From: Nitrosopumilaceae archaeon | GTDB taxonomy: Archaea > Thermoproteota > Nitrososphaeria > Nitrososphaerales > Nitrosopumilaceae | Direction: 5' to 3' | Length of the DNA: 64,000 nt | NCBI GenBank assembly: GCA_965214835.1 | Contig: CBDCCK010000002.1 | Coordinates: 864,001 to 928,000, forward strand | Shown here: one piece after another, positions 1-10,149 of the stretch | Numbering within the stretch: position 1 is the first letter of the stretch | How the letters are laid out: each line of letters begins with the position of its first letter | Translations under genes and position numbers: made by a program | Notes under the pieces: model-generated | Told to the model about the DNA's origin: nothing | The model's input: only the letters and a program-made list of their open reading frames with translations | Databases searched by the model: none

Positions 1-996
1 ACTGCGCACTTTGCCTCCGTCCTGGCGTTTGTAGGGTTTGCCGTATCGGTCACAATCGTTACCCTGTTTGCACATTACGGCCTCGGATGGGAGTGGATGG
101 ACAGCATCCTGCTTTCAGTCATCGTGGGAGGCAGCAGCTCGGTAATCGTGTTTGGCCTCGTCAGGAATCTCAGGATTTCCGAGGAGGCCAAGTCGATGCT
201 GAGCTTCGAGTCCGCAGTAACCGACATCCTGGCCACAATCATCGCCTTTATCCTGTTTGAGGCGATTCTGACAGGCCAGTTTGACATGAACCTGCTCGGG
301 GAGACTATAGGCAGGGCAGTCGTTGTCGGCCTGATTCTGGGATTCGGCGTGGGCATTCCCTGGATGTACGTTACGACAAAGCTTGGAAACGCACAGCACT
401 CGTACATGCTGACGCTGGGAATCCTGTTCGTGCTGTTCTTCATGGCAAACACGCTCGGGGAGTCGGGGGCGCTGACTGCGCTGGTCTTTGGCCTGATGCT
501 GGGAAACAAGCAGCACTTTGCAAGGTATCTCAAGTTCAGGCTGCCCAGGATCGAGAGCAATGACTCCATGCACAGCCAGCTGACGTTCCTGGTCCGGTCG
601 TTTTTCTTCGTGTTTGTAGGACTGCTTGCCAGCTTTGGCCAGATAGAGTACATAGTGTTTGGGATACTGGCAACGGTTGCAATCTACATCGGAAGAATGG
701 CGGTGGTCAGGACGACGCTGACAAGGCGGTTCTCCAGGCTGGACAAGAGTGTCACAGGCGTCATGATCCCAAGGGGTCTGGCCGCCGCAGTGCTTGCGAC
801 CCTGCCGATCACCTACGGCCTGCCAAACGCAGAGGCCTATCCGCAGATTATTTTCTTTATAATTTTATCATCGGTGATCATGACGACGGTCGGGCTGGGA
901 AGGGCCAAGAAGATACCACCTCCGGAGAGTCGCGAGGGCGGATACATCAAAGAGCCGCCGGACGACGGCGGGGATCAGCCACAAAACAGCGTCTGA
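1..996 (+). CDS. Cation:proton antiporter (CPA1/NhaP-like), 5' end outside window
   Basis: Frame open from base 1; many TM segments; FESAVTD and PRGLAAAVLA motifs. Confidence 0.85.
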   Translation, partial: TAHFASVLAFVGFAVSVTIVTLFAHYGLGWEWMDSILLSVIVGGSSSVIVFGLVRNLRISEEAKSMLSFESAVTDILATIIAFILFEAILTGQFDMNLLGETIGRAVVVGLILGFGVGIPWMYVTTKLGNAQHSYMLTLGILFVLFFMANTLGESGALTALVFGLMLGNKQHFARYLKFRLPRIESNDSMHSQLTFLVRSFFFVFVGLLASFGQIEYIVFGILATVAIYIGRMAVVRTTLTRRFSRLDKSVTGVMIPRGLAAAVLATLPITYGLPNAEAYPQIIFFIILSSVIMTTVGLGRAKKIPPPESREGGYIKEPPDDGGDQPQNSV

Positions 997-1014
997 TAAA
1001 AAGCAAAAAGGGGG

Positions 1015-1929
1015 TTAGATGTTAAGAGAGTCCTTCAATCCCTTGTACCGGTTTCGGATCGTAACCTCCGTTACGTTTGCAGCCTCTGCAATATCCCTCT
1101 GGGTCTTGTCCTCGCCGTTTTTGACGCAGGACAGGTACAGTGCAGCCGCGGCCAGGCCCATCGGATCCTTTCCTGCAGACACCTCGTTTTCCTGGGCGTC
1201 CTTTAGGACCTTGATTGCATAGCGCTTTGTCTTTTCCGCAATTCCGATCCTGCTTGCAATTCTGGCCACGCATTGAATCGAGTCCGTAACGGGCATCTTC
1301 AGATCCAGCTCCTTGACCAGGAGCCTGTAGCATCTTGCAATGTCCTTTCTTTTGATGTTTGCCGCCTGTTCAACATCCTTTAGGTTTCTAGGTGTTGCAG
1401 TGTCCCTGCATGCGGCATACAGTGCCGAGGCCATGAGTGCCGAGATGGATCGTCCCCTTACAAGGCCCTTGTCAAGTGCCTTCCTATAGATGTAGGCCGC
1501 CTTTTCAATTACAGAGTCCGAGATTGCGAGCTTGTCTTTTAGGCGGTTTAATTCGCTGAAGGCCTGCCTAAAGTTCCTGTCGACCGGCTCATGGACCTGG
1601 CTCCGGCTGTCCCATGTTCTGAGGCGCTCGATGGTGCTCTTCATAGAGGCAGTCAGCGGTCTTCCGGACGCGTCTTTGTTTACGGGATTGATGATTGTCG
1701 CAAGCCCCATGTCGTGCATCGTCAGCGAGGTCGGAGCTCCCGCCCTTGCCCGGTCACCGTGCTCGTCCTGTGTAAATGATCTCCATTCCGGACCCGATTC
1801 CTGGATCTTCTCAGACAGAACGAACCCGCACTTGGAGCAAAACATCTCGCCGGACTCGTTGTCGGTGACGAGCTTGCCCTTTGCACAGCGCGGGCATAGT
1901 TCCTTTGGATTGGATGCTTGTCTTACCAT
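1015..1929 (-). CDS. tfb: Transcription initiation factor IIB (TFB)
   Basis: N-terminal Zn ribbon (CPRC...CSKCG), GPEWRSF, cyclin repeats, VTEVTIRNRYK. Confidence 0.97.
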   Translation of the reverse strand: MVRQASNPKELCPRCAKGKLVTDNESGEMFCSKCGFVLSEKIQESGPEWRSFTQDEHGDRARAGAPTSLTMHDMGLATIINPVNKDASGRPLTASMKSTIERLRTWDSRSQVHEPVDRNFRQAFSELNRLKDKLAISDSVIEKAAYIYRKALDKGLVRGRSISALMASALYAACRDTATPRNLKDVEQAANIKRKDIARCYRLLVKELDLKMPVTDSIQCVARIASRIGIAEKTKRYAIKVLKDAQENEVSAGKDPMGLAAAALYLSCVKNGEDKTQRDIAEAANVTEVTIRNRYKGLKDSLNI

Positions 1930-2014
1930 TGTTGTTCTATGGGGTAAAATCCACTACTATTTATGAATCAATAACTTTTTTAATATGATTTTTAGGCACA
2001 TCGGCCGTTTTTGG

Positions 2015-2107
2015 GTACGGGGTCACCTACCCTCATCAGCCAGGCACGAATCAGCATGCATGATTGTGATTTTCGTGTCTAGATAGCAGGGGGACGTGGC
2101 CACATAC
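2015..2107. mobile_element. 93-bp MITE (family A, IS66-like ends)
   Basis: Ends GTACGGGGTCACCTACCC / GGGACGTGGCCACATAC; 8-bp direct repeat GTTTTTGG at 2007-2014 and 2108-2115; internal hairpin. Confidence 0.85.
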
Positions 2108-2164
2108 GTTTTTGGACGCCCTGCACAACAAAGCCTTCTTTAGGGGAAAACGGGGATTGATGTT

Positions 2165-3112
2165 GTGACTGTCAAGTATGGCCTGCTTTTGGCTGCCTTC
2201 ATGGCAATTGTGATCCCCTCCGCATACGGCGAGACGCTCAGGCAGGCCATGGAGGGGGGGGTTGATGTCACCATCACATACCCCGAGTCAGTGATTTCCG
2301 GGGATGCCTTTTCAATCACCATACTAGTTGAGAACAACGGATGGGAGGATAAGCAGGACATACGGTTTGACTTCAGGCCAAGCTCCGCGCTGGCTGCAAG
2401 CCAAGACAGGCTGGTCATCGATAGAATTGCAGAGGGTGGATCGTTTGGTGAGACGATTGGCTTTGACGCATTTTCAGAAAGTGGGAATGACTATTTTCTA
2501 AACATAGGGTATTCACAGGTTTTGGTGCAGGACAATGAGACTCCACTGGAGCCGTTTACGACAGACTTTGCAATTCCAATTACGGTCAAAGACGAGCCCA
2601 GAATCCTGATACGGACCACCACGCCGGAGTCAATTTTCACCAATGCGGAGTTTCCTTTTGAGGTAGAGGTTCTCTCTGAAGACATTGACCTGTATGATGT
2701 AAACGTAAGAATCATTGCGCCCAGGGATATCGAGTTCAGGGGGGAGACACTGCACACCTTTTCAAGCGTGGATAAAAACGAGGCGGTAAACATCAGGGCA
2801 GAGATAATCACGCCAAGAGAGGAGGTAAATACGCAGCACAGGCTGCCGTTTGAGGTAATAGCCACGTACAGGGATCATCGGGATGACGAGAGGACAGAGT
2901 CGAAAATCGTCCCGCTGGTATTGCGTCCGCGAACATTTATGGAGGTGACGACTGACGGGGGGATCTGGGTGGGCAGTTTCTTTATTGCGCCGTACGTCAG
3001 CCTGGGTACCATCATAGGGATTCCGGCCGGGGCCATCCTGTCAGTACTCATAAGAAGGGCCCAAAACAACCCAAAAAAGCGCACCAGGGGAAAAGGTAGG
3101 AATAGCCCATGA
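2165..3112 (+). CDS. Exported membrane-anchored hypothetical protein (Ig-like/S-layer-associated type)
   Basis: Signal peptide, acidic beta-rich body, C-terminal TM helix with basic tail. Confidence 0.7.
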   Translation: MTVKYGLLLAAFMAIVIPSAYGETLRQAMEGGVDVTITYPESVISGDAFSITILVENNGWEDKQDIRFDFRPSSALAASQDRLVIDRIAEGGSFGETIGFDAFSESGNDYFLNIGYSQVLVQDNETPLEPFTTDFAIPITVKDEPRILIRTTTPESIFTNAEFPFEVEVLSEDIDLYDVNVRIIAPRDIEFRGETLHTFSSVDKNEAVNIRAEIITPREEVNTQHRLPFEVIATYRDHRDDERTESKIVPLVLRPRTFMEVTTDGGIWVGSFFIAPYVSLGTIIGIPAGAILSVLIRRAQNNPKKRTRGKGRNSP

Positions 3113-4647
3113 TAAGACTCTCGATAGTCCTGCTAATGGCAGTCTCGCCCGGCATCATTCATGAGGCATGCGGACACGGAGTGGGCGCCGAGACACTGCC
3201 TCCGCAGAGGCTGGGAGACAGGCAGGTCTTCATCGAAGTCAATGCGGTAAGCACAGAAGACCCCGGCATTGATCAGCAGCTTACCTTCCGGCTGATGGAT
3301 GCGCAGACAAGCGAGGCCGTAGGGGGCGTGACGTACGAGATCAAGGCATCAAAGCAGGATATCGTTTTATTTGATGAAAGGTTTGAGAGCGGATCCGGCA
3401 CCCTGGCAGTTGACTTGGTGCACTCGGACTCTGGCGGGATCAGTGTGGAAAAGCGGGCCTCGGGAATATTCGGGTTTATTTCGGGCGATACGGATCTGGC
3501 AAGGGTGACAGGCCCCTACTTTGACTATGGCGGACTGTACCGGTTCGAGATAGGGGTTCTGACCGCAGGCGGCTTTTCAAACAGCCTTGATCCGCCGCTG
3601 GAGTGGAGCTCCGGGGTCTCCATAGCAGACACGACAACCTATGATATCGAGGATGCAAACTATGGAAGGCAGACCCTTACACACATCTCGTACTACGACG
3701 TCATTGAGGACTTTAGCTACGATCCCCTTACAAGCAGCGTCTCGTTTGAGATGCCCTTTGATGGAAGCCTTGACTCGATAAACCAGACCTCCGTCGTCCA
3801 TGAAGAGTTTACAGTGTCAAAGGAGTTCGGGGATCTGATGGTCTCAGACATGTCAGCCTCCGTCAACGGGGTCGTTATGCCCCAGGAGGCGGTTCAGATT
3901 GATGATTTTACAGAGGGCAGGAGAATCGTTCATCTGACCGTCGTCAAGAGCAATATTTTGGAGCTGTACGATCAGGGCAGGTTTCGGGAAGACAGGATGA
4001 GCTTTGTGATCGGCCCGTCACAGGATGGGCTGCCCCTTGCCACCGTGACAAGGAACGGCCAGTTCAGGGTAGTCATGGAGACGGATCCGGCGGAGGCCAG
4101 GTCGGGGCAGGAGCTGGAGGTAAGATACAAGCTGCTTGATGTGTTTCTCAAGGATCGCCCCGTCAGGGTAGACTATGACCTGTATGTGGTGCAGGAAGAC
4201 AGGATGCTGTTTTCCACGAGGGGGGCAAGCAATGACGAGGCCGGAAGGTTTGACTCTGTCAGGTTTTCTGTCCCGGAGCAGTCTGCGGGAATAATCTATG
4301 TTCATTTTGAGAATCTTGCCGGAAACTCGCTGGCATCGGCAAAGCTGCCCATTGCCGTAGACAGGATCCCGCCCACGGCAGCCAGCATTCCGGAATGGAT
4401 AAGGGACAATGCAGGGGCCTGGTCTGCGGGAATTATTGGCGACGAGGAGTTTGTTGCGGGAATCCAATGGCTGATCTCAAAGGACGTCATAATGATTCCA
4501 CAGACACAGGCGGCCGCCGGCCCGGCAGGTGCGATTCCGTCATGGATAAGGTCTGCCGCACATGCGTGGTCCATGGGAATGACCAGCGACGAGGAGTTTG
4601 TAGCCGGCATTGAATTCCTCGTCTCCAACGGGATAATCAGGGTCTGA
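3109..4647 (+). CDS. Secreted protein with C-terminal IPxWI..A.aW repeats (thaumarchaeal 'peptidase'-type surface protein)
   Basis: Signal peptide; two repeats IPEWIRDNAGAWS..DEEFVAGI / IPSWIRSAAHAWS..DEEFVAGI. Confidence 0.75.
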   Translation: MIRLSIVLLMAVSPGIIHEACGHGVGAETLPPQRLGDRQVFIEVNAVSTEDPGIDQQLTFRLMDAQTSEAVGGVTYEIKASKQDIVLFDERFESGSGTLAVDLVHSDSGGISVEKRASGIFGFISGDTDLARVTGPYFDYGGLYRFEIGVLTAGGFSNSLDPPLEWSSGVSIADTTTYDIEDANYGRQTLTHISYYDVIEDFSYDPLTSSVSFEMPFDGSLDSINQTSVVHEEFTVSKEFGDLMVSDMSASVNGVVMPQEAVQIDDFTEGRRIVHLTVVKSNILELYDQGRFREDRMSFVIGPSQDGLPLATVTRNGQFRVVMETDPAEARSGQELEVRYKLLDVFLKDRPVRVDYDLYVVQEDRMLFSTRGASNDEAGRFDSVRFSVPEQSAGIIYVHFENLAGNSLASAKLPIAVDRIPPTAASIPEWIRDNAGAWSAGIIGDEEFVAGIQWLISKDVIMIPQTQAAAGPAGAIPSWIRSAAHAWSMGMTSDEEFVAGIEFLVSNGIIRV

Positions 4648-5268
4648 TCATCTTCGTCTTATCGCTACTGCCGAGGTGGCAATTGCGGCTATCCCGATTC
4701 CCACCGCCACATGCTCGATTCCAAGACCGGGCTTGGATGATTCAAGCCTTTGGATGGAGTTTTTGATTTCGGCCAGCTCGTCTTCAAAATTTTCATGCTC
4801 TGCCATGTTTGGATCCTCGGGCAGGGGGGGGAACTGGATGTACTCCTTGTTTTCTATTTTTGGGGCATGCAGTGACAGACTGACCGGGGTATCATTGATC
4901 TTGCCAAGAACGTTGACCTGGTAATATCCGGGGTTTGTGGGCTCCACAAGGGCAAAGTACTTTCCGGGTATGTGATCCGGCTGCAGGGGAAGGGTGACCG
5001 TAGTCCCGTTTTGTACCAGCTGGATCTTGAGATCCCTGTACAGCAGGGGTATGCCGTCCTCAAAGTCCTGCTCCTCGGGGGGCAGCGACGGATCCAGCGG
5101 ACTGACAAACAACTCAATCCCGTTTGGGGTGTTTGAAACCGCAGGCTCGTTCATCCAGCCTATCTGGATGCGGTACTCCCCCACATAGTCAATCTGATGT
5201 GCGTGGGCAGCAGGCACCAAGGTCACGAAAAGCAGTGAAAGCACGACAGGCGCGGTCTTTGGCTTCAT
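4648..5268 (-). CDS. Exported hypothetical protein with C-terminal coiled coil and TM anchor
   Basis: Signal peptide ending AHA-H, IGWMNEP motif, C-terminal TM. Confidence 0.7.
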   Translation of the reverse strand: MKPKTAPVVLSLLFVTLVPAAHAHQIDYVGEYRIQIGWMNEPAVSNTPNGIELFVSPLDPSLPPEEQDFEDGIPLLYRDLKIQLVQNGTTVTLPLQPDHIPGKYFALVEPTNPGYYQVNVLGKINDTPVSLSLHAPKIENKEYIQFPPLPEDPNMAEHENFEDELAEIKNSIQRLESSKPGLGIEHVAVGIGIAAIATSAVAIRRR

Positions 5269-5337
5269 GATTTTTTTGAAAGGTCAGGATATTAAAAACA
5301 TTGGAAAATCACCGTGCGTGGATTGATGGTTGTACCA

Positions 5338-6783
5338 CTAGGCATCGGTGTACATGGAGACCTCCCACGGCGTGGGGGTCTGGGCAAATGCGACGTACTC
5401 TTGTTGCTTCAAGTCAACGTATTTCTCCAAAAAGTCCCTTGTGAACACCTCCTCAAGAAACGACGAGTCGCCGCCTAGTGCGTCCAGTGCGCCCTTGAGC
5501 GATACGGGCAGCGAGCCAATCCTGTATTCGCGCTTTTTTTCTGCAGATAGCTTGTAGACGTTTTCCTCGACCGGATCGCCCGGATCCAGCTTTCGCCTGA
5601 TTCCGTCCAGTCCGGCCAGCAGCAGGGCGGCCTCCAGGAGGTAGATGTTTGCAGTCGGATCCGGGACCCTGTATTCGATCCGCTTGCTCGTTTCCTGGTT
5701 CCTATAGTACATCGGAACCCTGATTGCCGCAGAGCGGTTTCCCATCCCCCAGCACACGTTGACAGGCGCCTCAAAGCCAGGAACCAGCCTCTTGTAGGAG
5801 TTTGTCGTGGGGTTTGTTATCGCACACAGTGCCGATGCGTGCTCCAGTATTCCGCCAACGTAGTACCTGCCGATCTGACTAAGCTGCGCAACGCTGTCGT
5901 CTGGATCATACATGGCATTGGTGCTGTTATTCCAAAGGCTCTGATGGGTATGCATTGCAGACGCATTGTCCCCAAAGATCGGCTTGGGCATGAACGTCGC
6001 CACCTTGTTTCGCTTCTTGGCCTTGACCTTGACGACGTTTTTGACCGTAATAACATTGTCTGCCATTCCCAGCATCTCATCGTATGCCAGGTTGATTTCA
6101 CACTGGCCGGAGGTGGCTACCTCGTGGTGTTCTGCCTCGATTTTGATTCGGAAGTACTTGTAAAGATCATCGCAGATGTCCTTTCTAAAGGTCTCAAGCG
6201 TGTCCTTTGGCTGGGACGGATAGTATCCCTCCTTGATGTCTATCGCGGTGCTGATGTTTCCCTTGGCCCACGGGGACTCCTTTGACTCGATAGAGTATCC
6301 CGAGCCGCCTCCCGAATGCGTTGCAGCATAGGGCGACGGGTATACGTTGATGTTGTCAAAGACAAAGAACTCAATTTCTGGCCCCCAGTTGGTATGGGTC
6401 AGTCCGAACTCCCCTAGCCTGCCTGCAGCCTTGTGGGAGATCCCCCTAGAGTCCCTGTTGTACCTGGATTCCTCCGTGGTGTTTCCCTCATAAAGATCAC
6501 AGATGATTCTCGCGTTTTTCCTGCGGCCGTTGTCATATTCGGGGGGCAGGATTCTAAACGTGGATGGATCCGGCTTTAGGATCATGTCTGACTTGTTGAT
6601 GGATTTAAAGCCTGCAATCGAGCTGGCATCAAGCTTTTCCAGGCCGTTGGTGAAGCTAGAGTCGTCAATGGCATAGCTGGGCATTCCCATTCTGTGCAGC
6701 TCGCCAAAGATGTCTACGAACCAGAAATCAATGAATACTATATTCTCGTCCTGAATCGTTTTGAGGACACCGTCGACATTCAA
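5338..6783 (-). CDS. glnA: Glutamine synthetase type I paralogue (divergent substrate loop)
   Basis: GPEIEFF, HHEVATSGQCEI, FMPKP, NSYKRLVPGFEAP, NRSAAIRVP, IEYRVPDP. Confidence 0.92.
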   Translation of the reverse strand: MNVDGVLKTIQDENIVFIDFWFVDIFGELHRMGMPSYAIDDSSFTNGLEKLDASSIAGFKSINKSDMILKPDPSTFRILPPEYDNGRRKNARIICDLYEGNTTEESRYNRDSRGISHKAAGRLGEFGLTHTNWGPEIEFFVFDNINVYPSPYAATHSGGGSGYSIESKESPWAKGNISTAIDIKEGYYPSQPKDTLETFRKDICDDLYKYFRIKIEAEHHEVATSGQCEINLAYDEMLGMADNVITVKNVVKVKAKKRNKVATFMPKPIFGDNASAMHTHQSLWNNSTNAMYDPDDSVAQLSQIGRYYVGGILEHASALCAITNPTTNSYKRLVPGFEAPVNVCWGMGNRSAAIRVPMYYRNQETSKRIEYRVPDPTANIYLLEAALLLAGLDGIRRKLDPGDPVEENVYKLSAEKKREYRIGSLPVSLKGALDALGGDSSFLEEVFTRDFLEKYVDLKQQEYVAFAQTPTPWEVSMYTDA

Positions 6784-6856
6784 TGAGATAGATTGCCTTC
6801 CGGCCTACTAATGCTAGCAAGTAAGATAGTTTTAGCTATGTTGTTAAGAGTAAAAG

Positions 6857-8212
6857 TCAGTCTTTTTTCAGGCTTTTGGCGTGGCCGTACTTTTGCTCCA
6901 GTTCATCGGCAAAGAAGAACCTGTCCCCGTAGGCAGGCTTTAGGTCATCAAGCCAGATGGCATTCTCGTCGTATTGGGCATAAAACGGCCTTTGAACCCA
7001 GTCGGGGTTTCTTCCCTGAATAAACCTAAACGACATCACCCTTTTGCCGTTGATCGTGGGGGTTCCGTCAATCATGACCTTGCCTGGCGTGGCAGACATG
7101 CTGGGCCCCCTGACGGTCCTGCACAGACCGCTTGTCCTCATGTAGGCGCTCCTGAAGATTTGGTGTGCCCTGACCAGGGGGACTCCAAAGTAGTGTTGTG
7201 CGCCGGTATCGCGGACGACGAACATATAGTACGGGACGCACCCAAGCTGGACCTGTCTTCTCCACATTTCTGACCACATGTCGGCATCGTCGTTGATATG
7301 GGCAAGCAGCGGGGACTGGGTCCTGATTTCCGCGCCGGTCTTTCTGACCTCCCTTATTGCGGCCTTTACGGAGCCCGTTGACAGCTCGACGGTGTGGTTG
7401 AAGTGGGCCATAAATGCCAGGTGTAGTCCCCTTTGGGTCACGCGGGAGAACAGCTCCAGCATGTCAGAGGCATCGCCGTCTGTCAGGAATTTGTACGGCC
7501 AGTATGCAAGGGATTTTGTCCCGATTCTGATGGTCCTAAGGTTTGGAATGTCGGCCTCCAAGAGCGCATCGACGTAGGTCTTGAAGATCTTGGCCTTCAT
7601 GATCATGGGATCCCCTCCCGTAAATAGAATGTCGGTGATTTCAGGATGCTCGGTTACATACCGGACAAGCTCGTCGCTTTCCTTCATCGCAAACTTCATT
7701 TCATCCATCCCTACAAACTGCGGCCATCTAAAGCAGAAACTACAATAGGCATGACACGTCTGGCTTTGGCTCGGGAAAAACAGGCAGGTCTCCTTGTACT
7801 TGTGCTGCATGCCGTACAGCCTTGTCCCATCGGACAGGGAGGGCACGTTTAGCTCCATCTGGCCCGCAGGATGGGGGTTCAGCTGCAGGCGGATTTCGTT
7901 TGCAACCTCGGCAATCTCTTTTTTATCGGCGCCTTTTTTCAGGGTTGCGGCCATTCGTTCAAAATGCTGCGGCCTCAGCATCCCCTTTTGCGGGAATGTC
8001 AGGACATAGATTGGATCGTTTGGGATGTTGTTCCAGTCAATCAGCTGCTCTACGACATAATTGTTGGCCTTGAAGGGCAGAACGTTGCCGACAACCTCCA
8101 TTTCAAACTGCCTTTCCTCAGAAAGGCCCTGCATCTGCGGCAGATCTCGAAAGTTTGCAAGCGTGTATGATTTTAGCGATGGCGATTCATCCCAGACGGT
8201 TTCTAGAGCCAA
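6857..8212 (-). CDS. KamA-family radical SAM amino acid 2,3-aminomutase
   Basis: CHAYCSFCFR (CxxxCxxC), LFTGGDP, IRIGTK, HFNH, QSPLL. Confidence 0.88.
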   Translation of the reverse strand: MALETVWDESPSLKSYTLANFRDLPQMQGLSEERQFEMEVVGNVLPFKANNYVVEQLIDWNNIPNDPIYVLTFPQKGMLRPQHFERMAATLKKGADKKEIAEVANEIRLQLNPHPAGQMELNVPSLSDGTRLYGMQHKYKETCLFFPSQSQTCHAYCSFCFRWPQFVGMDEMKFAMKESDELVRYVTEHPEITDILFTGGDPMIMKAKIFKTYVDALLEADIPNLRTIRIGTKSLAYWPYKFLTDGDASDMLELFSRVTQRGLHLAFMAHFNHTVELSTGSVKAAIREVRKTGAEIRTQSPLLAHINDDADMWSEMWRRQVQLGCVPYYMFVVRDTGAQHYFGVPLVRAHQIFRSAYMRTSGLCRTVRGPSMSATPGKVMIDGTPTINGKRVMSFRFIQGRNPDWVQRPFYAQYDENAIWLDDLKPAYGDRFFFADELEQKYGHAKSLKKD

Positions 8213-8373
8213 CTAGTACAGTCAGTCCCTAACCCTTGTTAAAGGTTACAGGCACAAAATCGCCCAAAATGCGGCTTTTTTGCCCAAAATCAGTAAAAAA
8301 AATCTGATACTATACAACAACTAGTGTTAACCATGACACCTAACTTTTGCCTTGGGAGACAGATTGTAGGCAC

Positions 8374-10137
8374 ATGGCAGAAGACGAGATTATAGGCGTA
8401 GTATCAAGCCAGGTAGGGCAGTTTGATACGTTGTCGCAGCTCCTGGCATCGTCAACGTCGCTTCAGATGGCATTCATCATCCTGGTTGCGGGAATCATAG
8501 CGATCGTCCTAGTCTACCACAAGTTTTCAAGCTGGGTAAGGTCGCAAAGGTTTTACTATCACAGGCCGCACCTGTCCAAGTTTGTCCGGGTGGCCATTCT
8601 TCCGTTTTTTGCCATAGCCCTGATCTCGTCTACCAATGCCTACATCCAGACGTTTGAGCTGTTCGGCGAGGACGCAGAGCGCATGGCAGTCCTGGAAAGC
8701 GACGCAATGACGGTAAGCGAGACCTTTGCAAAGATCCTCAATACGATGAATGTCCTGGTCATCGGATACACCATAGCGCACCTGATCCCCGTGGTCATGG
8801 CCAAGCGGGAAAAGTCGGTCTTGGAGAGGGAGGACTTTGAGGAATGGAAGGAGATGAGGGGGTTTCCCGACGATGACGGCGACGTGTTTCACAGGTTCTA
8901 CAGGTGGGTCGCGCCCACGCAGGTACCCGAGGACATTACGGGGGAGGAGTTCGAGGAGAGACTGAAGACCGAGAAGGGGAGGAGGTACCTTGAGGAGTAC
9001 AGGACTACAAAGGGGATTCCGATAGGAAGCTTTGAGGAGCTGGTAAAGGACCCGTTTGAGGAGTGGAAGAAAAACGAGAGGATAAAGTACCAGAAATACT
9101 TCAAAGAGTGCGTCTCGGGGGATAACCAGGCGGGCAAAAAACTGCGCACGGGACAGGACGTCGAGGAGATCTATCCCATAGATGTCTGGAGGGATGAAAA
9201 GAGAATCGGTGGGTTTGATTCCATCAATCCGGGAGCAAGGCCCCCTGGACATGCATTGAGAAAGAGAAAGGATCTGCCAAAGTCAGTCTCCCAGATCCTG
9301 CCACTCGGGATCTTTGTTGCAGTGGCAATCGGCGTAGTCAGCTGGTGGGGAATCGATCTGGTGGTGCTGGCAACGGCCACCGGCGGACTTGCCATCGGCA
9401 TAGGCTTTGCACTGCAGGAGACGATGCAGAACTATTTTGCATATGTGCTGATCAGAAAGGACAAGATTTTTGTCGAGGGGGATCGCGTCAAGCTGGATAC
9501 GGGGTACAACGGATATGTGCACAAGATTACCCCGAGGGTCACATACCTGCGTCACGCATTAAACGAGTCGTTTGCAATAATTCCCACAAGGCAGCTGGTA
9601 AACGCGCAGATAGTCAACTTTTCAAAGGACATCAAGATGGTTCCGGCCGTCGTCGAGGTAGGGGTGTCATACCTTAACAATCCCAGGCAGGTCGCGGCAA
9701 TCCTGGTCAAGGTCGGAAAGAAGGCGATGAAGGAGGTCAGGGACACAAAGGGCAGGCATCTGGTCAGGCAGGCCAGGTGCCCGTATCTGGACGAGAACAG
9801 GCCAAGCTGCGGATGTGACAAGGATATCCACACGGATATAAACCAGCCAGTGGTCCGCTTTACAAAATTCAACGACTCCTCGCTGGACTTTACGCTGTGG
9901 GTGTATGTGAGGGACTATGGCTCCCAATACAAGACCAAGACTGACATGCTCATGTACATCTACGACGAGTTCAAGAGGAACGATATCAGAATTCCATGGC
10001 CGATCCGTACGGTCTACCAGGGAGACGAGAGGCGGGAGGCCGAGGAGATCGGCTCGCTTGACGCCCAGAGGAAGGCAATCATCGACGAGTACGGGCTAGG
10101 AGACATCAACCGCGGGGATGCAGACGCAGGCGACTAG
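8374..10137 (+). CDS. MscS-family mechanosensitive channel with large insertions
   Basis: GLAIGIGFALQETMQNYFA, GDRVKL, GYVHKITPRVT, VGVSY, FNDSSLDF, IPWP. Confidence 0.9.
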   Translation: MAEDEIIGVVSSQVGQFDTLSQLLASSTSLQMAFIILVAGIIAIVLVYHKFSSWVRSQRFYYHRPHLSKFVRVAILPFFAIALISSTNAYIQTFELFGEDAERMAVLESDAMTVSETFAKILNTMNVLVIGYTIAHLIPVVMAKREKSVLEREDFEEWKEMRGFPDDDGDVFHRFYRWVAPTQVPEDITGEEFEERLKTEKGRRYLEEYRTTKGIPIGSFEELVKDPFEEWKKNERIKYQKYFKECVSGDNQAGKKLRTGQDVEEIYPIDVWRDEKRIGGFDSINPGARPPGHALRKRKDLPKSVSQILPLGIFVAVAIGVVSWWGIDLVVLATATGGLAIGIGFALQETMQNYFAYVLIRKDKIFVEGDRVKLDTGYNGYVHKITPRVTYLRHALNESFAIIPTRQLVNAQIVNFSKDIKMVPAVVEVGVSYLNNPRQVAAILVKVGKKAMKEVRDTKGRHLVRQARCPYLDENRPSCGCDKDIHTDINQPVVRFTKFNDSSLDFTLWVYVRDYGSQYKTKTDMLMYIYDEFKRNDIRIPWPIRTVYQGDERREAEEIGSLDAQRKAIIDEYGLGDINRGDADAGD

Positions 10138-10149
10138 CCTGCAGGCGGT

